Shown: positions 12,697-23,366, counted from the first letter of the stretch. The stretch: 64,000 nt of DNA from an uncultured delta proteobacterium (GCA_963771175.1 CAVYSY010000032.1:320001-384000); one strand, 5' to 3'. Numbers and translations are program-made. Notes: generated from the letters alone by a model not told the origin.

Positions 12697-13359
12697 TCAT
12701 GGGCAGATGGGCCCCATGTCCTGACCGTAGTTGCCGCAGGGAGCCGGGGTGGCGGAGGGAGTAACGCCAGTCGCGCAGGTCTTGGTCGAGGGATTGTAGC
12801 CGCTGTTGCCCACAGAGATGGGGAAGGTGACCTCGTTGGTCTCCACCACCTGTCCACCGCTCATGCGCCCCCGCCCCTTGACGGTGACGAACACGGTCAC
12901 CGGGTCAGTCACACTGCCCTGCAGCACCGTGAGGGCCTTGGGGCCGAGGGCGTAGAACAGCGCGAAGCTGCCCTCGCCCGAGTCGGGGCGGAACACGGCG
13001 TAGTACGGGATGCTCTCCTCCGCGGGCAGGGGCAGGCTCGGCTCGGAATCGTAGGAGAAGGTGAGCTCGGACAGGGTGATGTCGCTGAGACCCGGACCCG
13101 AGACGGGGACACCGTTGACGCGGGTCTCCTGCACGACCGTGTTGGTCTCGACGCTCAGGCCCAGCAGGTAGCTGTTGCCCGAGGAGATATCGAGCTGGCC
13201 CGAGGTCAGCTGGCGATCACCGAGGCTGCAGGATTCACCACTGCCCGACGTCAGCTCGCGAGTGCCAAGAAAGCGTATGGGGGCATCACCCTGGTTGGCC
13301 ACACAGCCCACCGAGGAGGCCGCCAGCGCCGCAATCATCATCAATCGCTTCATGGACAT
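12697..13359 (-). CDS. Hypothetical lipoprotein downstream of pilQ
   Basis: MKRLMMIAALAASSVGC lipobox, AAGGAG RBS, Cys-rich C-terminus. Confidence 0.8.
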   Translation of the reverse strand: MSMKRLMMIAALAASSVGCVANQGDAPIRFLGTRELTSGSGESCSLGDRQLTSGQLDISSGNSYLLGLSVETNTVVQETRVNGVPVSGPGLSDITLSELTFSYDSEPSLPLPAEESIPYYAVFRPDSGEGSFALFYALGPKALTVLQGSVTDPVTVFVTVKGRGRMSGGQVVETNEVTFPISVGNSGYNPSTKTCATGVTPSATPAPCGNYGQDMGPICP

Positions 13360-13389
13360 CGACTCCTTGGACGGCACGAGAGACACCGG

Positions 13390-16128
13390 TCAGAGAGACT
13401 GCGAGATCGTCTGCCGGTTGAGGATGCGAGGCGTGATGAAGATGAGCAGCTCCTGCCGGTCATCGCGCTCTCGGTGGTTCTTGAACAGCAGGCCCAGCAC
13501 CGGAATCTTGGACAGGAAGGGCACCGAGTTGGTCGTGGTGCTGCCGCGGCGCACGTAGATGCCGCCGATGACGGTGGTGTCGCCGTCCTTCACCAGTACC
13601 TGGGTGTTGGCCTCCTTGCGCTGGATGGCGGGCTGACCGTTGGCGCCGGTGTTGGCCGGGTCCGGCTGGTTGTTCTGCGCGTTGATGCTCATCATGATGC
13701 TGCCGTCCTGGGTGATGTGCGGCGTCACCTCGAGCGACAGACGCGCTTCGACGAAGGTGGTGTTGGCACCGCTGGCGGACACCTGGCTGAAGGGCAGCGA
13801 CACGCCCTGGCTGATGCGGGCGGTGATGTTGTCCAGCGTGGTGACCCGGGGCGCGGAGATGGTCTTCACGACACCCTCGTTCTCCGCCGCGGACAGGCGC
13901 AGGTTGAGGGCGAGCGCGCCACCGGCCGAGCCGAAGACGAAGCCCAGCGCACCACCCGTGCCCAGACCGGTGCCGACCGGCAGGTTGACGGCGAAGTTCG
14001 GCACGTCGGAGACGCCCGGCGAGGTGCCTTCCACGCCACCCGTCACCGCGACGCTGTTGGGGAAGATGAGGCCGGTGGCATTGCCGGTGACGGGCGCGGC
14101 CAACGCCTGACCGCCCCACTGCACGCCAAGCTCGCGGCTGAACGTGGTGTTGGCTTCCACGATGCGGCTCTCGATGAGCACCTGCGGCGTCTGCGTGTCC
14201 AGGTTGCGCACCAGCGCCCTCGCCTTGTCGGTGGTCTCGCGGATGTCCTTGATGATGAGCACGTTGGTGCGCGTATCCACCGTCACCGAACCACGCGCGC
14301 TCAACACGTCCTTCACCCGCGCGGACATGTCGGCGGCGCTCGCGTAGTTCACCGGGACGAGGCTCACCATCAGCGGCTCCTGCGCCACCATCGACTCCTT
14401 GCGCTTCTGGCGCGAGGCCGCCTCTTCCTCCAGCGTCTTCAGCGGGGCCACGCGGAGGATGTTGCCGATCTCCTCCTTGCCCAGCGACTTGGTGCGCAGG
14501 ATGAGATCCAGCGCCTGATCCCAGGGCACGTTGCGCAGGCGGATCGTCACCTTGCCCTGCACGTCATCGGCCACGACGATGTTCTTCTTGGAGATCTCCG
14601 CGATGACGCGCAGCAGGTTCTGGATGTCGATGTCCTTGAACTCGAAGGACACCTTCTTGCCGCGGTAGCGGGCCTGCTGCGGAGCGCCCTCGGCGGCGTA
14701 GGCGGGAGCCTCGGCGGTGAAGCCGGCGGTGCGCTGGGTGACGGCCACCTGCTCCGTCTTCACACCCTTGACGTTCAGCCGCCACGCGAGGCCACCAGCC
14801 ACCTGGCTCACGTTCTCCTCGATGGCGCCGTCCGCGGCCACCACCACGCGCACCCGGTTGCCCTCGCCGGGCACCGAGAAGGCGCTGATCATCTTCACCG
14901 GCGTCTCCAGATCTCCGGTGTCCAGGCTGCGCTCGAGCCGGCGTGGCAGCTTCGCGTTCTCCAGCGTCAGCACCGCGCTGCGAGGATCCGGCCGCTCCAC
15001 CTTCCACGCCACCGCGCCGGAGAGCTTCAGGTTCACCCGCCCACCGGAGTCGTTCTCGTCGAAGGACAGGTCCTTGACCTCCACGGTCGCCGGCTGCGCG
15101 GCCACGGGGGCGGGACGCAGGGGCTCGTTCTCGGCCACCACCTTGTCGGGCGTGTCGGCCACGGGGGCCGGCTTACGGGCCACCTTGCCACCGAGCGCCA
15201 CCTCGAGCCCACGGCCCTTGCGCTCCACCCGGTACGCCGGCATGTCGCCGCGCACGTCGAGCACCAGCCGCACCTTGTCCGAGTGCGCGCCCACGCGAAC
15301 GTCCTTCAGCGACGAACCCGACTGCACACGCGGGGCACGCGCGGACAGGCCCACGCCGTACACGTCCACCGCGAGCCGCGGCGGATCCGCCAGCTCCAGC
15401 ACCTCGTAGCGAGCCACCTCGCCGTCGGCGCGGATGCTCAGCGTCTCACGGGCGAAGGACAGGGCGGTGATACGCCGGGCCGGGTGCGCCACCTCGCGCT
15501 CGTCCGCCTCGGCCGCCACCACGTTCTCCGGCAGCGCGGGGGCCGGGGCCTTGGCCACGGCGGGAGCCGGCTGCTCGACGGGAACCTTCTTTTCCGGCGA
15601 CTCGCTCGGAGCCGTCGGCCGCGGCGCGGGCTGCACCGCCGGAGCGGGCTCGGCCCTGGCCACGGCGGGAGCCGTCTGCTCGGGCTTCACCTCGGGCGTG
15701 GCCTTCGCCTCGGCCGCCACTCCATCCACCGAGATGATGACCCGGTTGCCGTCCGCGCGCACGTCGTACTGCGCGGCCTGGTGCAGCGCCACCAACACCC
15801 GGCCCACGCTCGCGCGCTCATCCGAGAACTGGGAGGCCACCACGCCGGACACCGGACCCTCTCCGGTATGGTGCCCCTTGATGCCCGTGGCGTCCGCGGA
15901 CGAGAGGTCCACCACCAACCGCTCCGGACCACTCAACCGGAACACGGTGAAGGTAGGAGCCCGGGTGCCAGTCACCACCACCTGGGCGCCCGCTCCCGTC
16001 TGCACGACCTTCAGGTCACGCAGCGTATTGAGCTCGGCGGCCGAGGCCCCGACGCCCACGATGGCAACCAGCAGCGCGGTCACCATGCTCATCCACTTGC
16101 CCCTCGTCACAACGCTCTTCTCGAGCAT
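13390..16128 (-). CDS. pilQ: Type IV pilus secretin with N-terminal AMIN domains
   Basis: AMIN motifs (FRLSGPERLVVD, LADPPRLAVD), N0 motif VTIRLRNVPWDQALD, secretin motifs QVLIESRIVEA and VPFLSKIPVLGLLFK...ELLIFITPRIL. Confidence 0.97.
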   Translation of the reverse strand: MLEKSVVTRGKWMSMVTALLVAIVGVGASAAELNTLRDLKVVQTGAGAQVVVTGTRAPTFTVFRLSGPERLVVDLSSADATGIKGHHTGEGPVSGVVASQFSDERASVGRVLVALHQAAQYDVRADGNRVIISVDGVAAEAKATPEVKPEQTAPAVARAEPAPAVQPAPRPTAPSESPEKKVPVEQPAPAVAKAPAPALPENVVAAEADEREVAHPARRITALSFARETLSIRADGEVARYEVLELADPPRLAVDVYGVGLSARAPRVQSGSSLKDVRVGAHSDKVRLVLDVRGDMPAYRVERKGRGLEVALGGKVARKPAPVADTPDKVVAENEPLRPAPVAAQPATVEVKDLSFDENDSGGRVNLKLSGAVAWKVERPDPRSAVLTLENAKLPRRLERSLDTGDLETPVKMISAFSVPGEGNRVRVVVAADGAIEENVSQVAGGLAWRLNVKGVKTEQVAVTQRTAGFTAEAPAYAAEGAPQQARYRGKKVSFEFKDIDIQNLLRVIAEISKKNIVVADDVQGKVTIRLRNVPWDQALDLILRTKSLGKEEIGNILRVAPLKTLEEEAASRQKRKESMVAQEPLMVSLVPVNYASAADMSARVKDVLSARGSVTVDTRTNVLIIKDIRETTDKARALVRNLDTQTPQVLIESRIVEANTTFSRELGVQWGGQALAAPVTGNATGLIFPNSVAVTGGVEGTSPGVSDVPNFAVNLPVGTGLGTGGALGFVFGSAGGALALNLRLSAAENEGVVKTISAPRVTTLDNITARISQGVSLPFSQVSASGANTTFVEARLSLEVTPHITQDGSIMMSINAQNNQPDPANTGANGQPAIQRKEANTQVLVKDGDTTVIGGIYVRRGSTTTNSVPFLSKIPVLGLLFKNHRERDDRQELLIFITPRILNRQTISQSL

Positions 16129-16196
16129 GCTTCCCCTCAACAAGTCGCTATGGGCAGAGAGAGCCAGGTCAGCCCGGCTCCCACTTCACCGGGCCG

Positions 16197-16763
16197 CTAC
16201 GGCTCCCAGTTCTTGCCCGTCATCAGGTCGTAGGCGGGGTTCACCGTGGTGTCCTGCCGCAGTTCCAGCTTCACGGGGTTCTGGATCACCCGCTCGGGCG
16301 TGGTGATGACCTCGGTGACGATGACCTCGTCGCGGAGGATCTGCGTCACCTTGCCACCCTGACGCCCCATCCGGGTGTTGCGGCGCACGATGTGGCCGCG
16401 CCCCATCGGGTCCTCCACCATGGCCATCGGGTTGGCGTCACCGGTGACTACCGCCACCAGCTTGAGCTGATCGATGTCCCACTGGCACAGCGCCTCGTTG
16501 CACGCCAACTGAGGCCCGGTCTGCTGTCCGTCGGGCTTGACTTCCTCGACAGGACTGCGGAACGGGTCGCGCTTGCCCACCGGGTTGTAATTGTAGATGT
16601 ACGTCGGCGCCGCGGCCGCTGCCACCGCGACCTCCGCGACCTTCGCGGGCGCGGCCTGGGCAGGCGCCGGCGCGGGCGGCGGAGGCACGTACTCGTCCTC
16701 GCCACAACCCGCGAGCGCGAGGGCCAGTGCCCCCGAGATGAACATGGAGTGGAACGTCTTCAT
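16197..16763 (-). CDS. pilP: Pilus assembly lipoprotein PilP
   Basis: Lipobox LALAGC, YNPVGKRDPF, IDQLKLVAVV; position in pilMNOPQ. Confidence 0.93.
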   Translation of the reverse strand: MKTFHSMFISGALALALAGCGEDEYVPPPPAPAPAQAAPAKVAEVAVAAAAAPTYIYNYNPVGKRDPFRSPVEEVKPDGQQTGPQLACNEALCQWDIDQLKLVAVVTGDANPMAMVEDPMGRGHIVRRNTRMGRQGGKVTQILRDEVIVTEVITTPERVIQNPVKLELRQDTTVNPAYDLMTGKNWEP

Positions 16764-16841
16764 CCTCAGGTCCCCTTGTCGCCCCATTTCCAGGACCGAT
16801 CAAGTTTCTGCTACGACTTATTGGGTCTTCGCCTCGACTGC

Positions 16842-17432
16842 CTACTTCGGCGGCGGCTTCGTCTCGACGAAACGGAACGTGGTGGCCATGAAGGAGCTCT
16901 GCAGGAGCACCTTCTCGTTCTTCAGGGTGGCGCTACCGAGCTGGATGTTGTTCACGTTCACGATGCGCCGCATGTTCGCCACCTCCTGCAGGAACATGGC
17001 GATCTCGTGATAGTTGCCGGACACCACCATCTTGATGGGGATGCGCGCGAAGAAGTCGCCGCCGCCCACGCTCTCCGGACCCGGCTCCACGCGGGAGATG
17101 GCCAGCCCCGACTTCTTCCCGATGTCATTGAGCTGCGCGAGCAGCTCCTCGACGTCCTTGTTCTCGGGCAGCTCGGTGAGGGCCTCGGCGAGCTTCTGCT
17201 CCAGCACGTCCATCTCGCGCCGGCGCTCGTTGAGGTTCTGGGCGATCTCGCTCTTCTCCGCGAGGTCCATGTCCAGCCGGCGCTGCTCGGCGCGCTGTCC
17301 CTCCGCCTGCTCCTCCAGCGGCTGGATGACCCAGAAGAAATTGGCGGCGGTCATCACCACCACCGCGGCCGCCAGCCCGCCGAACTTCACCGCGGGAGGC
17401 GCCTTCACGATCCTATCGAGGTACTTGTCCAT
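16842..17432 (-). CDS. pilO: Pilus assembly protein PilO
   Basis: Single TM, coiled coil, ELPENKDVEELL, VSGNYHEIAMFL...RRIVNV. Confidence 0.93.
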   Translation of the reverse strand: MDKYLDRIVKAPPAVKFGGLAAAVVVMTAANFFWVIQPLEEQAEGQRAEQRRLDMDLAEKSEIAQNLNERRREMDVLEQKLAEALTELPENKDVEELLAQLNDIGKKSGLAISRVEPGPESVGGGDFFARIPIKMVVSGNYHEIAMFLQEVANMRRIVNVNNIQLGSATLKNEKVLLQSSFMATTFRFVETKPPPK

Positions 17433-17446
17433 CGTGTTCAGGCTCC

Positions 17447-18124
17447 TCAGATGGCGTAGTTGGCGCTGAGGGTGATGTCGAAATCCACCGACCCCGCCTC
17501 ACCCGGCTTGGGCGCGGCACCCTGAGCGGTGCTCTTCAGTTCGACGGCGGAGAAGAAGGGCTTGATGTCACCCACGGGGAACTCCTCGATGGCCACGTCC
17601 GCGGCCACCAACTCCACGCGAGACGTCTTGGCGTCGCGGCGCTGCTCCACCAGGCGACCGATGCCCTTGGGCGTCCACACCATGCTGTTGAGGTTGCGCA
17701 TCAACTCGGCCACGTCGTCGTGGCTGAGGGCGGAGCCCACCAGCTTCACGTTGCCGCGCTCCTCGTTGAAGGTCTTGATCCAGGCCTTCTTGGGCAGCGC
17801 GGTGGCGAGGGCGTCCAGCAGGCGCACGGGACCGGAGCGGCCTCTGCGCAGCTCGTCCAGCACGGCCAGCTTCTTCTCCACCTCGACCTTGCGGGCATTG
17901 ATGTTCTTCACCTCGCCGATCGTCTTGTCGAGCTCGGCGATGCGCGCACGGGTGGCGTTCAGGCCAGCGGCCTGCCTCTGGACCACGTCGTCCCGGTCGG
18001 AATACCAGAAGAAGTTGCCCACGCCGGCGGCGATGAGCACCACAGCGAAGAGGGCCAGGATCTGCCGGCCCATCTCCTGCTGCACTTTCTTCCGGACGGG
18101 CAACAGGTTGATGCGGATCATCAT
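17447..18124 (-). CDS. pilN: Pilus assembly protein PilN
   Basis: N-terminal INLLP PilM-binding motif followed by a TM helix. Confidence 0.95.
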   Translation of the reverse strand: MMIRINLLPVRKKVQQEMGRQILALFAVVLIAAGVGNFFWYSDRDDVVQRQAAGLNATRARIAELDKTIGEVKNINARKVEVEKKLAVLDELRRGRSGPVRLLDALATALPKKAWIKTFNEERGNVKLVGSALSHDDVAELMRNLNSMVWTPKGIGRLVEQRRDAKTSRVELVAADVAIEEFPVGDIKPFFSAVELKSTAQGAAPKPGEAGSVDFDITLSANYAI

Positions 18125-18165
18125 GTGAGTCGGTCCTTCGAACCTTCGAAATCGGAGAAGAAAGG

Positions 18166-19248
18166 TCAGCCGAGCTTGTCACCCGGACGGCGCAACGCCA
18201 GACCCACGGCCACCGCGGCCATCGGCGCCACCTCCATGATGAAGGAGGGGTCGAACTTGCGGTTGTCCACGTCGATCTTCCGGAAGGGGTTCAGGATCTC
18301 CACCGGCACGCCCACGCGCGACTCGATGGTCTTGAACAGCGCCGGAATCTTGGCGGTTCCACCAGAGAGGTAGACCTTGGTGAAGTTGGCATCCACGGCG
18401 GTGCCCGCGTAGAAGTCGAGCGAGCGCTGGATTTCACCGGCCACCTGCTCGGCCACGCCAGTGAGCACCCGCTCCACTTCCTGGGGGACCACCGCGTCCG
18501 AGTCGCCGCGGGTGCCGCCGATCTTCAGCGCCTCGGCCTCCTCGTAGGAGACGTTGAGCTGCTTCTGGATCTCTTCGGTGAACTGGTTGCCACCGATGGT
18601 GACGTCACGGGTGAACACCGTGGCGCCGTTGGAGATGATGTTGATGTTCACCACCGAGGCGCCCGCGTTGATGAGCACCACCGTCTCCTTGTCGGGGATG
18701 TCGTAGTTGGTGGCGAACATGTTCTGGACGGCGAAGGCGTCCACGTCCACCACCACCGGCTGGAGCCCCGACTCGGAGACCACGGTGGTGTAGTCGTTGA
18801 TCATGTCCTTCTTGGCCGCGACCAGCAGCACGTCCATCTGGCCGGTGGCGTCATTGCCGCCCGCGTCCAGGATCTGCGTGTCGATGTTCACGTCCTTGAC
18901 GTCGAAGGGGATGTACTGCTCCGCCTCCCACTGGATGCTCTCCTCGAGCTCCTCCTGGCTCATCCGGGGCATCTGGATCTTCTTGATGATGACCGAGTGG
19001 CCGGAGACGCCGATGGCGACCTCCTTGTTTTTGATTTTCAGCTCGGACATGAGCTCCTGCAGCGCCTGGACGATGGCGGTGGAGTTCATCAACGCGCCGT
19101 CGACGATGGCCTCAGGAGGCAGCGGCTTCATACCGAAGCTCTGCAGCGCGTAGCTCACCTGGCCACGCTTGCGCTGCTCCTTGAGCAGGATCATCTTCAC
19201 CGAGGTCGATCCGATATCGAGACCGAGAGCCAGCTTTCCCTTCGCCAT
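18166..19248 (-). CDS. pilM: Actin-like pilus assembly protein PilM
   Basis: LGLDIGSTSVK, WEAEQYIPF, YLSGGTAK, AVGLALR. Confidence 0.96.
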   Translation of the reverse strand: MAKGKLALGLDIGSTSVKMILLKEQRKRGQVSYALQSFGMKPLPPEAIVDGALMNSTAIVQALQELMSELKIKNKEVAIGVSGHSVIIKKIQMPRMSQEELEESIQWEAEQYIPFDVKDVNIDTQILDAGGNDATGQMDVLLVAAKKDMINDYTTVVSESGLQPVVVDVDAFAVQNMFATNYDIPDKETVVLINAGASVVNINIISNGATVFTRDVTIGGNQFTEEIQKQLNVSYEEAEALKIGGTRGDSDAVVPQEVERVLTGVAEQVAGEIQRSLDFYAGTAVDANFTKVYLSGGTAKIPALFKTIESRVGVPVEILNPFRKIDVDNRKFDPSFIMEVAPMAAVAVGLALRRPGDKLG

Positions 19249-19464
19249 ACAGTCGTTGCTCCGTGGAGGGGCCACCAGCGTAGCACCGGCTCGCGAGCCC
19301 TCCTAAAAAGTGCTCCGCGCCTGCCCGCGTTGCAGGCGGCCAATCTGTCCCCCGGAATCCCACGGCGGTGAACCCACGCCGCTCTGACGAGGCCGATTTT
19401 CCGGCTCCGGACGCGTCTCGTCAAATCCGCCCATCCTCCGCCCTGCCCCCTACCGGGCAGGCAG

Positions 19465-20880
19465 TCACCCTCGCTCCCCCTCGGCGTCCGCGTCGATTCC
19501 GTACTCCTTGATTTTATACAGCAGGGCCCGATGGCTGATCTCCAGAACCTCGGCGGCGCGGGTCCGGTTGCCCCGGGTGCGGCGCAGGGCGGCGCGGATG
19601 TAGGACTCCTCCAGGTCACGGATGGCCTGCTTCAAGGAGAGATTGGCGTCGGGAGGGGGGCAAGGGGAGGAGGGGGCGGGGTCGGGGGCCGGCTGGGGCG
19701 CGGACCAGAGCCGCTCTGGCAGGTTCTGAGGGAGGATCCGCTCCCCCTCGGCCAGCAGGACCGCGCGCTCCATCGCGTTCTCCAGCTCCCGCACGTTGCC
19801 CGGCCACCCGTAGGAGGCCATCAGCGACTCGGCCTCGAGGCTGAAGCCGAGCACGGGCGGCTCGCGGTTGAGCTCGCGGTTGAAGCGGGAGAGGAAGGCG
19901 CGCGCCAGCAGGATGATGTCCCCGGGGCGCTCGCGCAGCGGGGGCACCCGCACGTTCACCACGTTGAGCCGGTAGTACAGGTCCTCGCGGAACTCGCCCC
20001 GCTCCACCAGCCGGCCCAGGTCGCGCAGCGTGGCGGCGAGGACGCGCACGTCCACCCTCTCCGAGCGGTTCTCCCCCACCGGGCGGATTTCGCCCTCCTG
20101 GAGCACCCGCAGCAGCTTCACCTGGGCGGCCGGGGGCAGCTCCCCGATCTCGTCGAGGAAGAGCGTGCCGCCATCGGCCTCGCTGAAGAGGCCGCGCCGG
20201 GCGGTGCGCGCGTCGGTGAAGGCCCCCTTCGCATGACCGAAGAGCTCGCTCTCGAGGAGGCCCGCGGGGATGGCGCCGCAGTTGACGGCGACGAAGGGCA
20301 TGGCGGCCCGGGGCGAGCGCGCGTGCAGCGCCCGGGCGACGAGCTCCTTGCCCGTCCCGCTCTCGCCGGAGATGAGGACGGTGGTCCCCACCGGCGCGAG
20401 CCGCTCCACCTGCCGCAGCACCGTGCGGATGGGCTCGCTCTCCCCGAGGATGCCCGCCGCGGGCGTGCTCCCTCCGGCCCCCTGCAGGCGCCGGTTCTCC
20501 CGCATCAGCCGCTCGCGCTCCTCGGCCTTGCGCAGGACGAAGATGATCTCCTCGGGCTTGAAGGGCTTGCGGACGTAGTCGTACGCGCCGGCGCCCACCG
20601 CCTCGAGTGCCTGCTCCTGCGAGCCGTACGCGCTCATCACCACGACCGTCAGGTGCGGGTGCTCGGCGAGGGCCTGGCGCAGCACGGACAGCCCATCGCG
20701 CTTCGGCATGCGCACGTCACACAGCAGCACGTCGTAGTCGCGCGCGGCCAATTCCCGGAGCGCCTCCTCGCCATCGGCCACGGCACGCACCTCGTACCCC
20801 AGCCCGGACAGCACCAGGGTGAGGACGTGGCGGAGCGAGGGCTCGTCATCGGCGACGAGGATGCTGCGGAAGAGGGCCAT
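19465..20880 (-). CDS. pilR2: Sigma54-dependent response regulator PilR2
   Basis: REC domain, [26 protein letters not shown]-terminal HTH; position between pilS2 and pilM. Confidence 0.85.
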   Translation of the reverse strand: MALFRSILVADDEPSLRHVLTLVLSGLGYEVRAVADGEEALRELAARDYDVLLCDVRMPKRDGLSVLRQALAEHPHLTVVVMSAYGSQEQALEAVGAGAYDYVRKPFKPEEIIFVLRKAEERERLMRENRRLQGAGGSTPAAGILGESEPIRTVLRQVERLAPVGTTVLISGESGTGKELVARALHARSPRAAMPFVAVNCGAIPAGLLESELFGHAKGAFTDARTARRGLFSEADGGTLFLDEIGELPPAAQVKLLRVLQEGEIRPVGENRSERVDVRVLAATLRDLGRLVERGEFREDLYYRLNVVNVRVPPLRERPGDIILLARAFLSRFNRELNREPPVLGFSLEAESLMASYGWPGNVRELENAMERAVLLAEGERILPQNLPERLWSAPQPAPDPAPSSPCPPPDANLSLKQAIRDLEESYIRAALRRTRGNRTRAAEVLEISHRALLYKIKEYGIDADAEGERG

Positions 20881-20930
20881 GGCTGCACCCCAGGAGTAGC
20901 CCACTCTCGCGTGCTCGGCCAGATTCCGCC

Positions 20931-22052
20931 TCAGACGCCCGGCAGGCGGACGGAGAAGCGAGCACCGCCCCCGGGGATGTTCTCCGCCGTCAGCCGCCCG
21001 CCCATGCCCTCGGCCAGGCTGCGCGAGACGGCCAGCCCCAGCCCCGTGCCCTGACCGGGCTCCCGGGTGGTGAAGAAGGGCTCGAAGAGGCGCGGCATCA
21101 CCTCCTCCGGAATGCCCGGCCCCGCGTCCTCCACCAGCAGCAGCACATCTCCTCCCTCATTCCGGGTGGAGAGTCGCACCTCCCCCTCCCCTTCCATGGC
21201 CTGCACCGCGTTGAGCAACAGGTTGATGATGATCTGTGACAGCGGCCCGGAGTCCCCGCGCGCGAGCAGGCCGGGCGTGAGTGCGAGGGACAGCCGCACA
21301 CACGAGAAGTCCCGTCCGGCCTTCACGAGCTGCACGCACGCCTCCACCACGTGCCCCACATCCACCGGCCCCAGCCGCCCCCGCCCCGGACGACCGATCT
21401 CCAGCAGCCCTCGCACGATGCCGTCGATGCGCTGCACCTCATGATCGATGCGCGCGAGGAACTCCTGCACCTCTGGCTCCTGGGTGCGGGCACCGGCCAG
21501 CGACAGGTAGCCGAGGATGCCCGCCAGCGGGTTGCCCACCTCATGGGCGACGCCCGCGGCGAGCCGGCCCACGGTGGCCAGCCGCTCCGAGGAGACGAGC
21601 TCCATCTGCGCCTGGGCCAGGCGCGCATTGGCGGCACGCAGGGCCTCCACCTGACGCCGGGTCGTCTCCTGCTCGTCCTGGAGCGCCAGGGCCATGCGAG
21701 AGAGGGCCCGCTGGATGCGCGACAACAGGGGCCCCGCGCTCTCCGGCATCGACGCGTCCAACTCCAGGCGGCCGAGCTGCTCCACCAGCTCCTCGGTGCG
21801 GCGCAGGGGGCGGCCCACCATCAGGTCCAGCACCCCGTACGCCACGACGGTGATCAGAACCAGGTCAAACGCGAGGAGGAAGGGCAGCGAGCCGATCGTG
21901 CGCGCCAGCAGGGCGGCCTCCTTCGAGCCGTTCCCCGCGGTATGGAGCACCGCCTCCATCAGCGCGAGGAGCGGCCGATGCAGGGTGAGCCAGGTGAAGC
22001 CCGTGCCCACCACGCTGAGCAGGAAGGCGACGCTGGCGACCCGCCACTTCAT
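20931..22052 (-). CDS. pilS2: Sensor histidine kinase PilS2
   Basis: Two TM helices, H-box AGVAHEVGNPL, N-box NLLLNA, FEPFFTT...GTGLGL. Confidence 0.85.
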   Translation of the reverse strand: MKWRVASVAFLLSVVGTGFTWLTLHRPLLALMEAVLHTAGNGSKEAALLARTIGSLPFLLAFDLVLITVVAYGVLDLMVGRPLRRTEELVEQLGRLELDASMPESAGPLLSRIQRALSRMALALQDEQETTRRQVEALRAANARLAQAQMELVSSERLATVGRLAAGVAHEVGNPLAGILGYLSLAGARTQEPEVQEFLARIDHEVQRIDGIVRGLLEIGRPGRGRLGPVDVGHVVEACVQLVKAGRDFSCVRLSLALTPGLLARGDSGPLSQIIINLLLNAVQAMEGEGEVRLSTRNEGGDVLLLVEDAGPGIPEEVMPRLFEPFFTTREPGQGTGLGLAVSRSLAEGMGGRLTAENIPGGGARFSVRLPGV

Positions 22053-22068
22053 CCCCGTGCGCCCTTCC

Positions 22069-23118
22069 TCACCGCATCCCCGTCATCAGGATGTCGAGCG
22101 GCACCGGCAGCACCGTGCTCAGCCACGGGCCGATCAGCATCACCTCGAGAGCGGCGAGCGACAGCCAAGGACCGAACGGAATGTTGGTGGGGCCCGGCAC
22201 CCAGTCATCGTCCTCGTCATCCTCCTCGTCGTCCGCGCCCCGAGCCCCCGCCTGCTCCGGCGCGACACCGGGCTCGCCCTCCGGTGGTGCACCCGACTCG
22301 GGAGCCGAGCCCGTCGTCGGCGCGGCGGAGACCTCGGGCACGGGTGACACGCCGGGCTCGCCCACCGGTGGCGTCCCCAGGTCCGGAGGCGTCCCCGTCG
22401 CGGGCACGCCAGGCTCCTCCGGCGCTGGCGCCGGTCCCGCCCGCCCGTGAATGAGGAGCATCAGCGAGCCCACCAGCGCGCCCTGCAACGAGGACAGGAA
22501 GATGACGCCGAGCAGCGCCTTCCAGGTGAGGAAGGCCCCGATGAGCGCCAGCAGGTACTTGTCTCCCCCACCCAGCGCCTCCTTCTTGAAGATCTTCTCT
22601 CCCAGCCACTCCATCCCCCAGAAGATGAGGAACGCGGCCACCGCGCCGATGGCCGAGTCACGCACCCGCTCCAGGCCGAGCGGGATCGACAGGGCCAGCC
22701 CGGCGGCGATGCCCGGCAGCGTCAGCTCGTGCGGGAGGATCCAATGCTCCAGGTCGATGAAGGAGAGCGACACCAGCAGCAACACGAGGATGAGGCCGGA
22801 CACCAGCTCGGGGCTCCAGCCGAAGCGGCGCTGACAGGCCAGGAAGAGCAGCGCGGTGAGCAGCTCGATGGCCGGATAGCGCCAGGAGATGGGCTGGCTA
22901 CACGAGCTGCAGCGCCCCCGGAGCGCGAGCCACGACAGGACTGGAATGTTCTCGTACCAGGCGAGTTGATGTCCACACTTGGGACAGCGCGAGCGCGGGC
23001 TCACGATGCTCTGCCCGTAGGGCACGCGAGCGATCACGACATTCAAGAAACTGCCGAAGAGCAGGCCCATGACGACAACCAGAGCCACGGCCGCTCCCTC
23101 CAGCGCCTGATGAGTCAC
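22069..23118 (-). CDS. pilD: Prepilin peptidase/N-methyltransferase
   Basis: GSFLNVVIARVP, CPKC/CSSC Zn motif, SFIDLEH, GGGDKYL, IPFGPWL. Confidence 0.95.
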   Translation of the reverse strand: MTHQALEGAAVALVVVMGLLFGSFLNVVIARVPYGQSIVSPRSRCPKCGHQLAWYENIPVLSWLALRGRCSSCSQPISWRYPAIELLTALLFLACQRRFGWSPELVSGLILVLLLVSLSFIDLEHWILPHELTLPGIAAGLALSIPLGLERVRDSAIGAVAAFLIFWGMEWLGEKIFKKEALGGGDKYLLALIGAFLTWKALLGVIFLSSLQGALVGSLMLLIHGRAGPAPAPEEPGVPATGTPPDLGTPPVGEPGVSPVPEVSAAPTTGSAPESGAPPEGEPGVAPEQAGARGADDEEDDEDDDWVPGPTNIPFGPWLSLAALEVMLIGPWLSTVLPVPLDILMTGMR

Positions 23119-23198
23119 GTTTTCGAGTCCCTTCTTCCGCGAGGAGCTCCGGGCCGCGCAGCATAGGGCGCTCGCGCGGCCCGCGGGCAGACGATTCC

Positions 23199-23225
23199 TG
23201 TCACCTGAGTGACGAAAATTGGCAC
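23199..23225. promoter_or_regulatory. Putative PilR enhancer site upstream of pilA
   Basis: Dyad GTCAC-ctga-GTGAC (23200-23213) followed by AAAATTGGCA, about 90 bp upstream of the sigma54 promoter. Confidence 0.55.
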
Positions 23226-23298
23226 CCGCATGGACATTTCGCGTCCATCGCCGCGTGCAAGTCCCTGGATCGCCGTCAAGGGGTCATGGGTTTGATCC

Positions 23299-23314
23299 TG
23301 GCACCATTCGTGCT
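23299..23314 (+). promoter_or_regulatory. Sigma54 (-24/-12) promoter of pilA
   Basis: TGGCACCATTCGTGCT = GG-N10-GC, about 50 bp upstream of the pilA ATG. Confidence 0.8.
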
Positions 23315-23366
23315 ATTCCTCACTTCGGCTTCGGCCGCAACCCATCCCCCTCACCCAGGGAAGTCC

